Virus record (IMG/VR): IMGVR_UViG_3300009095_000027
Location: 1 to 43,192 of that record
Source: a virus
Lineage: Duplodnaviria; Caudoviricetes
Reading direction: 5' to 3' (one strand)
Length of the DNA: 43,192 nt
The notes beneath the pieces were generated by a model. That model saw nothing but the letters and a program-made list of their open reading frames with translations, searched no databases and was not told where the DNA came from. The position numbers and the translations under genes are program-made. Positions within the stretch are counted from its first letter, which is position 1. Each line of letters opens with the position of its first letter. Shown piece by piece: positions 26,460 to 35,049 of this stretch.

Positions 26460-27679
26460 TATGCAACTCTCCCGTATGTTTTTTCTCTTTCGGCCTTCAT
26501 TCGTTTCATATATCGCTCATAGAAGAAGCCGTGTTTTGTTTGGGTAAAACTCAGGCCCTTAGCCCAATAATCATTTCTCAGCAGCATCTTTGCGATGCGA
26601 CGCCAGCTAGGCGCTTTGCGGGCGGCTTCAAGCTTGGGGTCAGCCTCGTCGGGGATTCCAGTGGGGTAACCCTTGTTAGCCCACCAGCGCAAAAATACAA
26701 AGATTTTGTTCTCGTAGTGTTCGCGCATGTGCGTTGGCATTGATTCCAACAACACCTGACTAAACGATTCCCATGTATGTCCGTCTGGCTTGCTAATCCG
26801 GACCTGCCCGCTGGCGTTGCCATTGAACTGTACAAACTCTGCTCCCGAGTTGACCCCGGCTACCCGTGCCACAATCGCGGCCCACGTCTCAGGCTCAATT
26901 ACGTGATATAGCCATAGCCCCTTGCGCTGGTCGTCGCCGTAGGGTTGGCAAATCCGCTGCTGGTGGATTGATAGTCCGGCTTGGTGCATCAGGTCGTAGA
27001 GTCTGTTATATCGCTTCCTAGTCTTGCCTAAATAGCGCCACACGTCCTCAGTGCGCCAATCATAGATTGGGTAACAGTTATAGACCTGCGTATCCCATAG
27101 CTTCGTGGTCCAACACCGTCCGCCGAATGTTTTTTTCTTTTGGTTAGTAATCGTGCGGAACCTGTTAAGCGATTCGTCTGTGCGAATGCCAACTAGACAG
27201 GCAGTTGGCTGGCCTTGCGAGTACCATTCCCCGAACTTCGGCACGAAGTCCTCGAACTCCATTCCGCGCTCGAAAAACGGGAAAAATGATTCGTCCGTTA
27301 TGCTGCGAGGATCAGGCTGACGGACCCAAATGTTTTTCGCGTTGGGGTCCCAACAAAGCCATTTTGGCTGATAGACGCTAACGGCATTCCTTAGCGCTAT
27401 AGGGAGCGCAATCCAGTAGACATCAACGCAATCTTGATACTCATCAAGCATTTCTTGGATATGGTTGATCGTGTGCTGATATTGCGCCTCAAGATCAACA
27501 ATTAACACCGCGAACCGTCTGCCGGTTTTGCGCGCTTCATTTGCCGCCAAATGGAACATAACGGCGGAATCCTTGCCTCCCGAGAATGACAGGTATATGC
27601 GCGGGAAAAACTTGAATACGTCAGCGATTCGCTGGCGTGCCGCAGTCAGAACATCAATCCCAAGCCCGCGCTTCGGCAT
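26459..27679 (-). CDS. ibrA: PAPS-reductase-family PP-loop protein with DUF3440 (IbrA/YbdN-like)
   Basis: SFSGGKDS, GIRTDES, YPIYDW, RICQPYGDDQR, PSWRRI..LLRNDYW. Confidence 0.9.
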   Translation of the reverse strand: MPKRGLGIDVLTAARQRIADVFKFFPRIYLSFSGGKDSAVMFHLAANEARKTGRRFAVLIVDLEAQYQHTINHIQEMLDEYQDCVDVYWIALPIALRNAVSVYQPKWLCWDPNAKNIWVRQPDPRSITDESFFPFFERGMEFEDFVPKFGEWYSQGQPTACLVGIRTDESLNRFRTITNQKKKTFGGRCWTTKLWDTQVYNCYPIYDWRTEDVWRYLGKTRKRYNRLYDLMHQAGLSIHQQRICQPYGDDQRKGLWLYHVIEPETWAAIVARVAGVNSGAEFVQFNGNASGQVRISKPDGHTWESFSQVLLESMPTHMREHYENKIFVFLRWWANKGYPTGIPDEADPKLEAARKAPSWRRIAKMLLRNDYWAKGLSFTQTKHGFFYERYMKRMKAEREKTYGRVA

Positions 27680-28028
27680 AGAATTCCTCCGCTAATAATT
27701 TGATTGCGTCTCTAGTTTTAGCTCCAGCGTAACGCCGGTTAGTAAATTTCCAAATGATCCAACTAAGCTCCCAGTTCTTGCCAACGGCAACAATGAAGAT
27801 GTCGTTGGCCTCAACGTCATAGTACGCTCGCTCAAGCGAGTCCAGGGCCGGGCGACGGTTTTGGCTCCAGAGGTCGATATAGAGACGAACTCCGTGTTTT
27901 GTCCACGGTCCGGAGATGCGATCAATCGCTTTGTGATCGCGGAATCTCGTTTGAAACCATTCAATCCGTTTTGCGAGGACCTCAGATAGTCCGAGGTCCT
28001 CTACATAGAACGCGGCCGGCGTCGTCAT
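27654..28028 (-). CDS. hypothetical protein
   Basis: ATG at 28028 overlaps stop of upstream gene (ATGA); overlaps ibrA start. Confidence 0.6.
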   Translation of the reverse strand: MTTPAAFYVEDLGLSEVLAKRIEWFQTRFRDHKAIDRISGPWTKHGVRLYIDLWSQNRRPALDSLERAYYDVEANDIFIVAVGKNWELSWIIWKFTNRRYAGAKTRDAIKLLAEEFYAEARAWD

Positions 28029-28372
28029 TTGTAGGCTTCTTGCAGGGCATGACGCTGCTCGTCCGCGAGCATCGCGCGCAGGACGCACCGCTCAATCTCT
28101 CCATCCGTGAGCAGAGCAGCCATGTCGCTGAATTGGCGTTGCAGCCTGGGGGTTGGCGCGACAGTTGCGAGACGTTCCGCGATGCCCCGGATGCGGCGCA
28201 ATTCGCGTACAGTTGTTTTGCCGCCGGCCTCCATTGCTGAATGTTCATTTCCACGAAGCCGTTCCAAGGCTTCGCGCGCGTGCTCGATCGACACTTGAGA
28301 TATCGCAACGTTCGGATCGCCAGCGAGGGAAAGCAGATCGTCAACTGTGGCGATAACTTGTTTGTTCTGCAC
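28025..28372 (-). CDS. hypothetical protein, first gene of accessory operon
   Basis: AGGAGAG RBS before GTG start. Confidence 0.65.
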   Translation of the reverse strand: MQNKQVIATVDDLLSLAGDPNVAISQVSIEHAREALERLRGNEHSAMEAGGKTTVRELRRIRGIAERLATVAPTPRLQRQFSDMAALLTDGEIERCVLRAMLADEQRHALQEAYK

Positions 28373-28428
28373 GTTTCTCTCCTAGCCCCTGTCCCCGAGG
28401 CGCGGTGTAGCGTTGTGCTACAAAACCA

Positions 28429-28457
28429 ATAGTACAGACAATGTCCGCATCAGGCAA
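28429..28457 (-). promoter_or_regulatory. sigma70 promoter of accessory operon with palindrome in spacer
   Basis: TTGCCT-17nt-TACTAT on - strand; CGGACATTGTCTG imperfect palindrome at 28435-28447. Confidence 0.6.
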
Positions 28458-28593
28458 GCGTTTTCTTCGCCGAGTGTGAAATATTTCGCACCATTTCCAC
28501 CGCGCGCCTTTCCGCCTCTCTCCGCGTCATCCCTGCATCGTATTCTAGGATGGCTGCGCGTTCCTCGAACGCCTCTCGTTCGTCGGGGGTCAT
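28450..28593 (-). CDS. small protein (47 aa, not in ORF track) with EAFEERAAILEYDAG motif
   Basis: MTPDEREAFEERAAILEYDAGMTRREAERRA; ATGA-coupled to upstream gene. Confidence 0.7.
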   Translation of the reverse strand: MTPDEREAFEERAAILEYDAGMTRREAERRAVEMVRNISHSAKKTLA

Positions 28594-28790
28594 ACCAACT
28601 CGACACGCAGGCGCACTGAATCGCATAGCGTCTTGCTGCGCCGATCTTCCATTGTTGTAACGTCGATCAGATGAAACTGCACCTCTTGGATTGTTAAGCC
28701 GGTCGCCGACATAAAGCGGTTAATGGCGTCACGGATTGCGGTTTCTGCCTCAATCTTTGCATCGCTTGCTTGATCAATCGTCATTTCCAT
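28590..28790 (-). CDS. small acidic protein, candidate SOS-induced antirepressor
   Basis: GGAGAGG RBS; directly downstream of two CTG-N10-CAG boxes. Confidence 0.6.
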   Translation of the reverse strand: MEMTIDQASDAKIEAETAIRDAINRFMSATGLTIQEVQFHLIDVTTMEDRRSKTLCDSVRLRVELV

Positions 28791-28799
28791 TTTCCTCTC

Positions 28800-28837
28800 C
28801 TGTATGTCTATCCAGTATAGGCTGGATGCCTGTTCAG
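28800..28837. promoter_or_regulatory. tandem LexA (SOS) box-like sites flanking a TATACT -10
   Basis: CTGTATGTCTATCCAG (28800-28815) and CTGGATGCCTGTTCAG (28822-28837); - strand TATACT at 28819-28814. Confidence 0.65.
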
Positions 28838-28844
28838 TGGTCCG

Positions 28845-29054
28845 CGTGTCTAAAACTTGCACACCCCTAATTGCTGCATCAATGACTTAGGGGCGCATTC
28901 CTCGGCGAAGTTTATTAGACGACGATTGCTATTTTACTATACTGCTCAATGCTTTAGTGCGCTTTCTGTCTATACTGCTGCATTATTTTCGTATGCTCTT
29001 TCGGCTTATCCATTCAATAACTTATGAGCCGGTGTCTTTTAGACGTCTAAAACT
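28845..29054. mobile_element. probable attP region
   Basis: AT-rich non-coding stretch downstream of int; repeated GTCTAA/TTAGAC motifs; IHF-like ATCAATGACTTA and TTCAATAACTTA. Confidence 0.6.
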
Positions 29055-30002
29055 CGGGCCGTCCACAACCGGCGCTTTCTTGCCTCTGAGGTAGCGGGCG
29101 GTCATTGCTTCGTTAGCGTGGCCGAGCAGTTTGGTTGGGTTAATTCCCTGCGCCTCAGCGAAGGTCGCAGACATGGCCCGTAGGTCGCGCATATCGGCAT
29201 CCTCAACGCCTGCGGCCTCGCAAGCTGCCTTCCATTGCGCGTAGATGCTCTTGTAATCCGGGGCCTTGCCTCGACGGTTGCAGAACAGCGTGAGCGCTTT
29301 GACGTTCGTAGATAGAGCCTTGGCTCGCTCGATGGCGGCTTCTAGCTCTGGCGTCCAACGAACGACGAGTTTGGCATCAGTCTTGTCCTGCTTGAAGTAG
29401 ATGCCATCCGGCTTGAGGTCGGCTCTGTGTATGTTCACCACATCCATAACCCGTTGCCCGGTGAGGAAGGCTAGCTCCATAATCGAGCGGATTCGCGGGT
29501 GCGCATTGGTGTAGATCGCTTCGTATTCCTGCGGGCTTAACAGGCGGTCGCGCTGCTTCTCTGGCAGGCGCTTAATTCCGGCGCAGGGGTTGGAATCGAC
29601 AATCTCATGGTCAACGGCGTAATCAAACACCATCCGCAAAACGGATAAGCGCCGGTTAAACATATTGGGATTGCCGCGCCCGGCCTGCTTCATCTTGGCG
29701 ACGTGCTTGCCCTTGACCTGTTGCGGTGCAAACTCCTGGAATATCTTCTTTAGCTGCCGTGCCGCGACGTTGTATTGCTCCTTCGTGGCCTTCGCCTTGC
29801 CGTGCAGAATGCCGGGGAGGGCGTCGTCTATCAGGTCAGCCATGCCGCCTTTAGGAGCCGCCGTGAGCTTCGCATAGGCGGTTAGGGCTTCGGCTAAGTC
29901 TTTGCCTAGCCGCTCCCATTTCCCCTTTTTGACGAGCCAGTACGCACCGTGCTTAAGATACACGCAAGGCGGCAGGTGCTTGTCCTTGGTTCTGGCTCTC
30001 AC
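29022..30002 (-). CDS. int: tyrosine integrase
   Basis: TGQR, QDKT, RDLR (H-x-x-R variant), LLGH, RY catalytic residues. Confidence 0.93.
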   Translation of the reverse strand: MRARTKDKHLPPCVYLKHGAYWLVKKGKWERLGKDLAEALTAYAKLTAAPKGGMADLIDDALPGILHGKAKATKEQYNVAARQLKKIFQEFAPQQVKGKHVAKMKQAGRGNPNMFNRRLSVLRMVFDYAVDHEIVDSNPCAGIKRLPEKQRDRLLSPQEYEAIYTNAHPRIRSIMELAFLTGQRVMDVVNIHRADLKPDGIYFKQDKTDAKLVVRWTPELEAAIERAKALSTNVKALTLFCNRRGKAPDYKSIYAQWKAACEAAGVEDADMRDLRAMSATFAEAQGINPTKLLGHANEAMTARYLRGKKAPVVDGPSFRRLKDTGS

Positions 30003-30187
30003 AGGTGCAGGACCGGTTCCGGCTCATACATGGCGGGAGCAGTAGGGTAGGCGTGAACGCTATAGACGACAAGCGAGCCGTCCGTCCGCTCCTTGAACGG
30101 GATGCCCAACTGCACAAGCTGGCGCTTTTGGGCATCGCACCGCTTACGCCCCGTCAATTCCCTAATTTGCGCTTCGCTCAGGATCAT
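29999..30187 (-). CDS. xis: excisionase-like protein (DUF4224-like)
   Basis: LSEAQIRELTG..Q...L..LGIPF..R.DG; overlaps int start. Confidence 0.75.
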   Translation of the reverse strand: MILSEAQIRELTGRKRCDAQKRQLVQLGIPFKERTDGSLVVYSVHAYPTAPAMYEPEPVLHL

Positions 30188-30207
30188 ATCTCTCTAATAC
30201 TCTGCGT

Positions 30208-30366
30208 TTATTGCTGCTGCCAAAGTTCCGGCCACGCCAAAGCGGTTAATCGCTCCGTGTCCTTTCGCGCTTCCGCTAGTGCCTGCCTCACATACTCCAG
30301 CGGCACCATATCTGTATGTGCGAGCATGTTTGTTCCTGCGCGGATGATGACTTCGTCGGGGATCAT
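30208..30366 (-). CDS. hypothetical protein
   Basis: ATGA-coupled within early-left operon. Confidence 0.5.
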   Translation of the reverse strand: MIPDEVIIRAGTNMLAHTDMVPLEYVRQALAEARKDTERLTALAWPELWQQQ

Positions 30367-30848
30367 GGCTTGGCTCCTTCGATTGCGCGGCATGTCTGCT
30401 CGTAGTTGATGCACGCCTCACGGAATGCAGCCTCGATCTCGCAAAGGCGCGGCGCTTCGTACAGCACTAGATCATCCATGCCGAGCAACTTGCCGTAGTA
30501 CACACTGTCATCCTCGGACCATTCGATGCTGCCGCGATAGCTGTGCGTTGACGTGCTGTATCGGAGTAACCCTCGCTCCACCTTCTCCCGTAGCTCTGCT
30601 ATCTCCCTCACCGCGCAGTCATAGTGCCGTGGGGCGTATGAGTAGCACTCAGGCCCATGCGTACCGATCCTGCCGTCTCTGTCGTCCTGGTAGCGCAGGG
30701 CTTGGCGTAGGCGCTCTATCTCCTGCGCTTGGGCGGTGAGGGCGTCGGCGGCGCGCGCACATAAGCCTGCTGCGCCATCCCATACACCGTTCATCACTCG
30801 GGCATGCTCGCGCAGCCGCTCCACCAGCGCCGTCTCGTCTGTGGTCAT
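30363..30848 (-). CDS. early protein with C-terminal HicB-like domain
   Basis: [42 protein letters not shown]. Confidence 0.65.
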   Translation of the reverse strand: MTTDETALVERLREHARVMNGVWDGAAGLCARAADALTAQAQEIERLRQALRYQDDRDGRIGTHGPECYSYAPRHYDCAVREIAELREKVERGLLRYSTSTHSYRGSIEWSEDDSVYYGKLLGMDDLVLYEAPRLCEIEAAFREACINYEQTCRAIEGAKP

Positions 30849-31027
30849 GCTCCCTCTCCCCCTGTCTGCGCCTGTGTGGTGGTGCGCGCCTGATGCCGCC
30901 GCAGTTCAGTAGCGAGCATCACCTTGATGACTGACGACACGGCTACACCGGCCATCTTTGCGATTGCCTCTACTTCATCGGCCACTTGGCGCGGCAAGTG
31001 GAACTGCACATCGACGTTCTTAGCCAT
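30845..31027 (-). CDS. ribbon-helix-helix (CopG/Arc-like) protein
   Basis: [34 protein letters not shown]. Confidence 0.6.
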   Translation of the reverse strand: MAKNVDVQFHLPRQVADEVEAIAKMAGVAVSSVIKVMLATELRRHQARTTTQAQTGGEGA

Positions 31028-31430
31028 CGTTTTCCTCCTGTGCGTCTGCCTTGTTGCGTAGGGCGCGGAGCAGTGCGTCGAACTTTCGCTTGTAGTGGTT
31101 ACCGATGAACTCGTTCGCCACGCCGCAATAGCGGGTCCACCCGTCCTCATGCACGGCGCGCATCATGTCGTTGAAAGAGCCGGGGAGACGGCGAAACTCA
31201 TCGCACTCATCATCGGTGAGCGGCTTGTATGCCTCGGCCGTCTCTGTGGTGTCCCAAACCGTATCGACCTCGTCGTACCCGCCGTCGAAGTTCTTCACGC
31301 GCTCGATGGCATCGTCCAGCTCGTCAACAGCGGCGCTTGCGCGTTCACGATCCACGCCATTGTTGCGAAGGAACCGACGTGCGGCTTCGTATACGGCGCG
31401 GAGTAACGTCACTTCGCGGTTGTCCGTCAT
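31020..31430 (-). CDS. hypothetical protein
   Basis: coupled ORF in early-left operon. Confidence 0.6.
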   Translation of the reverse strand: MTDNREVTLLRAVYEAARRFLRNNGVDRERASAAVDELDDAIERVKNFDGGYDEVDTVWDTTETAEAYKPLTDDECDEFRRLPGSFNDMMRAVHEDGWTRYCGVANEFIGNHYKRKFDALLRALRNKADAQEENDG

Positions 31431-31654
31431 GCTCCAATCCTCTCTAAACTGTGGTGCTCAGGGCACAGGTCGTAGTGCAAATCCAGCAGGGCAACACCGA
31501 TGGGCCAGTCCATGCGTACAGCTTCACCACGCGCCCACCGCTGTAATACAGACTCATCGCAGCCGATCTTCCTCGCCGCTTGGGCGAGCGATAGGCCATA
31601 GCCACGGATATTCATCAGCACTCGTTCCCAATCGATACGATCCAAGGTCCGCAT
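31427..31654 (-). CDS. small HTH protein
   Basis: GLSLAQAARKIGCDESVLQRWARG. Confidence 0.7.
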   Translation of the reverse strand: MRTLDRIDWERVLMNIRGYGLSLAQAARKIGCDESVLQRWARGEAVRMDWPIGVALLDLHYDLCPEHHSLERIGA

Positions 31655-31657
31655 GGC

Positions 31658-32068
31658 TTAGATCGCGTACCCGCCGATGCCGCGCGCAAGGCGGTCGAAT
31701 GGGATGTCGTCGTCCATCCCGCCACCGGCTGGCGCTTTCGCACTTGCGTTGCCTTGGTCCTGTCTTGCTTCGCCAGAGCGCCCGCCGAGCAACGTCACGT
31801 CGCGCACGTCGAGCGTGAGGTATGTTTTGCCTTCGTATTCCCGCGTGCCGAGTTCGCCGGTTACGCCAAGCTGTGCGCCTTTGGTGATGTACTCGGCAAG
31901 GCGTTCGTAACGCTCGCCCCATGCAGAGCAGTCAATCCACAGCGTTTGCTTGTTCTGCCCGAAGCCCTTATCCACGGCGAGACTCCAGCCGGTGACGGAC
32001 TTGCCGTTAGCGGTGTGGCGAGTTAATGCGTCCTTGCCGACGCGGCCGATTGCGTTAAAGACGTTCAT
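31658..32068 (-). CDS. ssb: single-stranded DNA-binding protein
   Basis: IGRVGKDA, YITKGAQL.VTGEL.TREY, acidic DDDIPF tail. Confidence 0.95.
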   Translation of the reverse strand: MNVFNAIGRVGKDALTRHTANGKSVTGWSLAVDKGFGQNKQTLWIDCSAWGERYERLAEYITKGAQLGVTGELGTREYEGKTYLTLDVRDVTLLGGRSGEARQDQGNASAKAPAGGGMDDDIPFDRLARGIGGYAI

Positions 32069-32718
32069 GCAGCTTTCCTTTGGTTGGCTTTCTCAAGTTC
32101 TGCTTGCTCTTTCAGGCGGCGGCGCTGCTTGCTGTCCAGGTACGTCCAAAGAGCGATCTTTTCTTCCGCGTCAAACCCGCTCGTTTCCAGCAGGGAATAG
32201 GCGTCGAAGTCCTTATCCTGTGCGAGCAGGGTGATTGCCTGATTGGCGGTTTGCTCCACTACGGCCAAACGCTCGGGCGTCAGGTTCTCTCGCGCTCCTG
32301 CGGTCGGCGTGACTTTGGACGCGGGCTTGTGCTCGATGTTGTCCCGCTCCGGGTCGTCGCCCGTCTCCAGCGCAAAGGCTTTGAGATAGGCGTACTTCAC
32401 GGCGTAGGAAATCGCTTTGCCCGGTCCTTTGTCCTGCGGGTCGATGCCGTAGCCGAAGCAGGGGATCGTGATTCGTTCGTCGGGCTTGTCGGCGTTGATG
32501 AAGTCAACCTCTACGTCTGCTTCGGTGCGATTGCCGTCCTGCTCATGTCGAACGACTCGCGCAACAGCCAGAATGCCGTTCTTCACAAGCTCAGGCCGGA
32601 TCTTCGCCGTCACCGCATCGTGACTGACAAACGTGTACTGACCGTTGACCTTCTTCTGCTCCTTCTGCACGTAGTCCACGGCCTCCATTACTTTCAGCAT
32701 TCGCTGATAGATATTCAT
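32065..32718 (-). CDS. erf: ERF-family single-strand annealing protein
   Basis: MNIYQRM..V, DKGPGKAISYAVKYAY..F...GDDPE. Confidence 0.88.
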   Translation of the reverse strand: MNIYQRMLKVMEAVDYVQKEQKKVNGQYTFVSHDAVTAKIRPELVKNGILAVARVVRHEQDGNRTEADVEVDFINADKPDERITIPCFGYGIDPQDKGPGKAISYAVKYAYLKAFALETGDDPERDNIEHKPASKVTPTAGARENLTPERLAVVEQTANQAITLLAQDKDFDAYSLLETSGFDAEEKIALWTYLDSKQRRRLKEQAELEKANQRKAA

Positions 32719-32897
32719 GCTCGGCTCCCTTCGTCTGCCACCATTCCAGTTCGTCCATAAACCTTCTCCACCCATTGCTGCCATGTGGTTTGAGGGACTT
32801 CCCGCTTCTCTACAGGCCGATCCAGCACGTAGCGATTGCGTTCGCGCAGATATCGGATGGCGTCGGCGAGTTTCAGTTGAGCTTGGTACCCCTGCAT
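32715..32897 (-). CDS. hypothetical protein
   Basis: AAGGAG RBS; coupled to erf. Confidence 0.55.
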   Translation of the reverse strand: MQGYQAQLKLADAIRYLRERNRYVLDRPVEKREVPQTTWQQWVEKVYGRTGMVADEGSRA

Positions 32898-33122
32898 GTC
32901 GTTCTCCTTCACAGCAGATTGATCAGGTCGTATGCAATGGCAAAGGCAAGGCCGATGCAGCACACGGTGTAGTTCACGCGGTCACCGAGGGTCGTCATAG
33001 TTCGTCCTCCCACATACGATCCAAAACGCTCCATTGCCCCATCCGATAAGCACCCCACAGCGCAAGAAATACAAGCGACACACCACACCAGAAGGCCAGC
33101 CACGGAAATTCACCGCACTCGC

Positions 33123-33509
33123 TCATGACTCACCCCTTGCCTTGGCGATGGCGGCGCGGGCGCGCTTGATCAACTCATTGCTCTCGGCTACATGCTTTTC
33201 CGCGTACTCATTGCATCCGGCACACCAAATCTCTCGGCACTTGTTGCCGTGGCATGACTCAACAACGTCGGTCACAACGTACGACAGGATCGAATCGAGC
33301 ACCTCAAGCAGATCAGGAGCGGCTGCGATCAGGTGCAGGCTCGCTACGCCCTCAGGCCAGTCGATGATTTCCTGCTCGTCTCGGTAAACCCCGGCCATGC
33401 GTCGCGTGCGGACGAGGGCGATAACGTTTGTCGGTCTGCCCTCAGACCGATGTACAACCTCGGTCATGTACGCGCCGTGCTCCGAGCCAATTTCCCATTG
33501 CACGCTCAT
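33123..33509 (-). CDS. phage early protein with LIAAAPDLLE motif
   Basis: LIAAAPDLLEVL and ARAAIAKARGE, a recurrent phage early-gene signature. Confidence 0.7.
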   Translation of the reverse strand: MSVQWEIGSEHGAYMTEVVHRSEGRPTNVIALVRTRRMAGVYRDEQEIIDWPEGVASLHLIAAAPDLLEVLDSILSYVVTDVVESCHGNKCREIWCAGCNEYAEKHVAESNELIKRARAAIAKARGES

Positions 33510-33808
33510 GACTCCCTCGCCGCCAGCGTGGCGTCGGCGATTTGATAGGCCCAGAACTGTTTGCGGTATTCCTGCTCGATCAACCGCCGTACATGCCGTC
33601 CTAGCTCGGTGTCGTCGTCGTGGTGTACGTCCACCAGTTCCGCAACGGCGGCGACAAAGTTCTGTGCGTAGACCTTGTCCATGCTGCCGGTGATGTCGTG
33701 CTCGGCGCGGTGCTTCTCGTAGGCGAGTTCCGTGTCCCAAGCGCGGGATTCGCTGTTCAGGTGCTTGGCAAGATCGCGCATTACAGGGTCGTGGATAGTT
33801 ACGCTCAT
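33506..33808 (-). CDS. hypothetical protein
   Basis: coupled ORF, AGGAGG RBS. Confidence 0.65.
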   Translation of the reverse strand: MSVTIHDPVMRDLAKHLNSESRAWDTELAYEKHRAEHDITGSMDKVYAQNFVAAVAELVDVHHDDDTELGRHVRRLIEQEYRKQFWAYQIADATLAARES

Positions 33809-34311
33809 CGCTTTCCCTCCTGCTCCTTGGCCGCTTGCAGGCGCTTGTCGGCTTCAACGATGTCGCACGTCTCAAGGGGGAGGGTCGGCGCGGCGAAGTT
33901 GCCGTCCGCGTCGAAGCGCGCGGCGTATTCCGGGTCCTCAGACGTAAACAGCGCGTCGATGCGGTTGAGGATCGCGCGGGCTTCGCGCACATCGCGCAGG
34001 GCGATGCTGGGGTATCGGGCGGCGTTAGCGAGCTTGATCTGCGCATCGAGCGCCAGATCCGTGACCGCCCGGTCGAAACCGTTCTGCCCCTGTTCCATGT
34101 CCTTCCCTCCTGTGGTCGGTCGATTACTTGCGCTTTGCCGCTCCCGACCGCCTTCTGCAAGTTCGTTTAGCAGCGCCTTGACAGCGCCCACCCCCGTTTC
34201 ATGGAGCCAAGCGAATCCCGGGAACAAACGGTGACACTCGTCCCACACCTCGCCCCATGCAGCTGCGCGCTCACACTCGTTTTCGGCTAGTTCGCGTTGT
34301 TCGGCGGTCAT
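33805..34311 (-). CDS. hypothetical protein (possible internal start at 34098)
   Basis: GGGAG RBS at 34311 start; second AGGAGG-ATG inside. Confidence 0.55.
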   Translation of the reverse strand: MTAEQRELAENECERAAAWGEVWDECHRLFPGFAWLHETGVGAVKALLNELAEGGRERQSASNRPTTGGKDMEQGQNGFDRAVTDLALDAQIKLANAARYPSIALRDVREARAILNRIDALFTSEDPEYAARFDADGNFAAPTLPLETCDIVEADKRLQAAKEQEGKR

Positions 34312-34332
34312 GTCGTTCTCCCTTGAACGTGG

Positions 34333-34518
34333 TTACTTCCGCGCTTGCTTCTTCGCGGCTTTCGATTCAGCAAACACAACGCTGATCACCGTTTTGCTCT
34401 TGCTGTCAGCGCCCTTGATCGTGATGCGCTGAGACGTGCCGCCGTTGACCTTGCGCGGCTTGGAAACCACCAGGCCGGCGTCTGCATCGGCCCCGCTGAT
34501 CGTCATCGTCGTAATCAT
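34333..34518 (-). CDS. small basic protein, first gene of pL operon
   Basis: GGGAG RBS just downstream of pL. Confidence 0.55.
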   Translation of the reverse strand: MITTMTISGADADAGLVVSKPRKVNGGTSQRITIKGADSKSKTVISVVFAESKAAKKQARK

Positions 34519-34551
34519 TTCGGCTCCCTGTTCGGTTCGTTGCTGAAACCG

Positions 34552-34596
34552 ATTACACCAAAAACTTTAGCGACGTGTCAACTAAAATTTTAGCGA
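34552..34596 (-). promoter_or_regulatory. pL promoter with two operators
   Basis: TTGACA(34581-34576)-18nt-TGTAAT; CCAAAAACTTTAGCGA and CTAAAATTTTAGCGA. Confidence 0.75.
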
Positions 34597-34603
34597 TGGA
34601 GCA

Positions 34604-34629
34604 CAAAAGAATGCCCGCCGAAGCGGGCT
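34604..34629 (-). terminator. terminator for repressor-side transcript
   Basis: GCCCGC-TTCG-GCGGGC on - strand followed by ATTCTTTT. Confidence 0.6.
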
Positions 34630-34638
34630 GTTGATTTT

Positions 34639-34896
34639 CTAGGCGGTTTTGGCGAGCAAGCCGTGCAGGCGAAAGGAAACGCGCTCAAGGGCGTCGATCA
34701 GATCCTCGGCGTGACGGCGACGGACCCCTTTGTTGCCGTTATATACCGATCCTTCGCGGTCGATCAGCATGTAGATCGCCGCCTCTAGGTCGATGTGGTG
34801 GGTTGTTTCGTAGAGCGGGCAACCATCCATATGCGGACAGGCGCGCTCCTGTTTTGATGTTGTTCCTTGGCGGATCGGAATTACTTTCGCTGCCAC
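34639..34896 (-). CDS. hypothetical protein downstream of repressor
   Basis: GGGGAG RBS; lies in the lambda rex position. Confidence 0.55.
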   Translation of the reverse strand: MAAKVIPIRQGTTSKQERACPHMDGCPLYETTHHIDLEAAIYMLIDREGSVYNGNKGVRRRHAEDLIDALERVSFRLHGLLAKTA

Positions 34897-35049
34897 AACG
34901 TCTCCCCTGTTCTTATCGCCACGACCGTCCGGATGACGAATCGTTGACAGGCGAAATTCTATGGTAGGGGGTGGCTCATACCGTGAGGCGAATGTCTCAG
35001 GCAGGAGACATTAGGGTAGGCCGCCCAGGACACCTGTAGACCTAAAGGT

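Noticed and set aside
33510-34160. N-terminal extension making a 345-aa ORF
   Set aside because: Overlaps two better-supported coupled ORFs; the real start is likely 33509.
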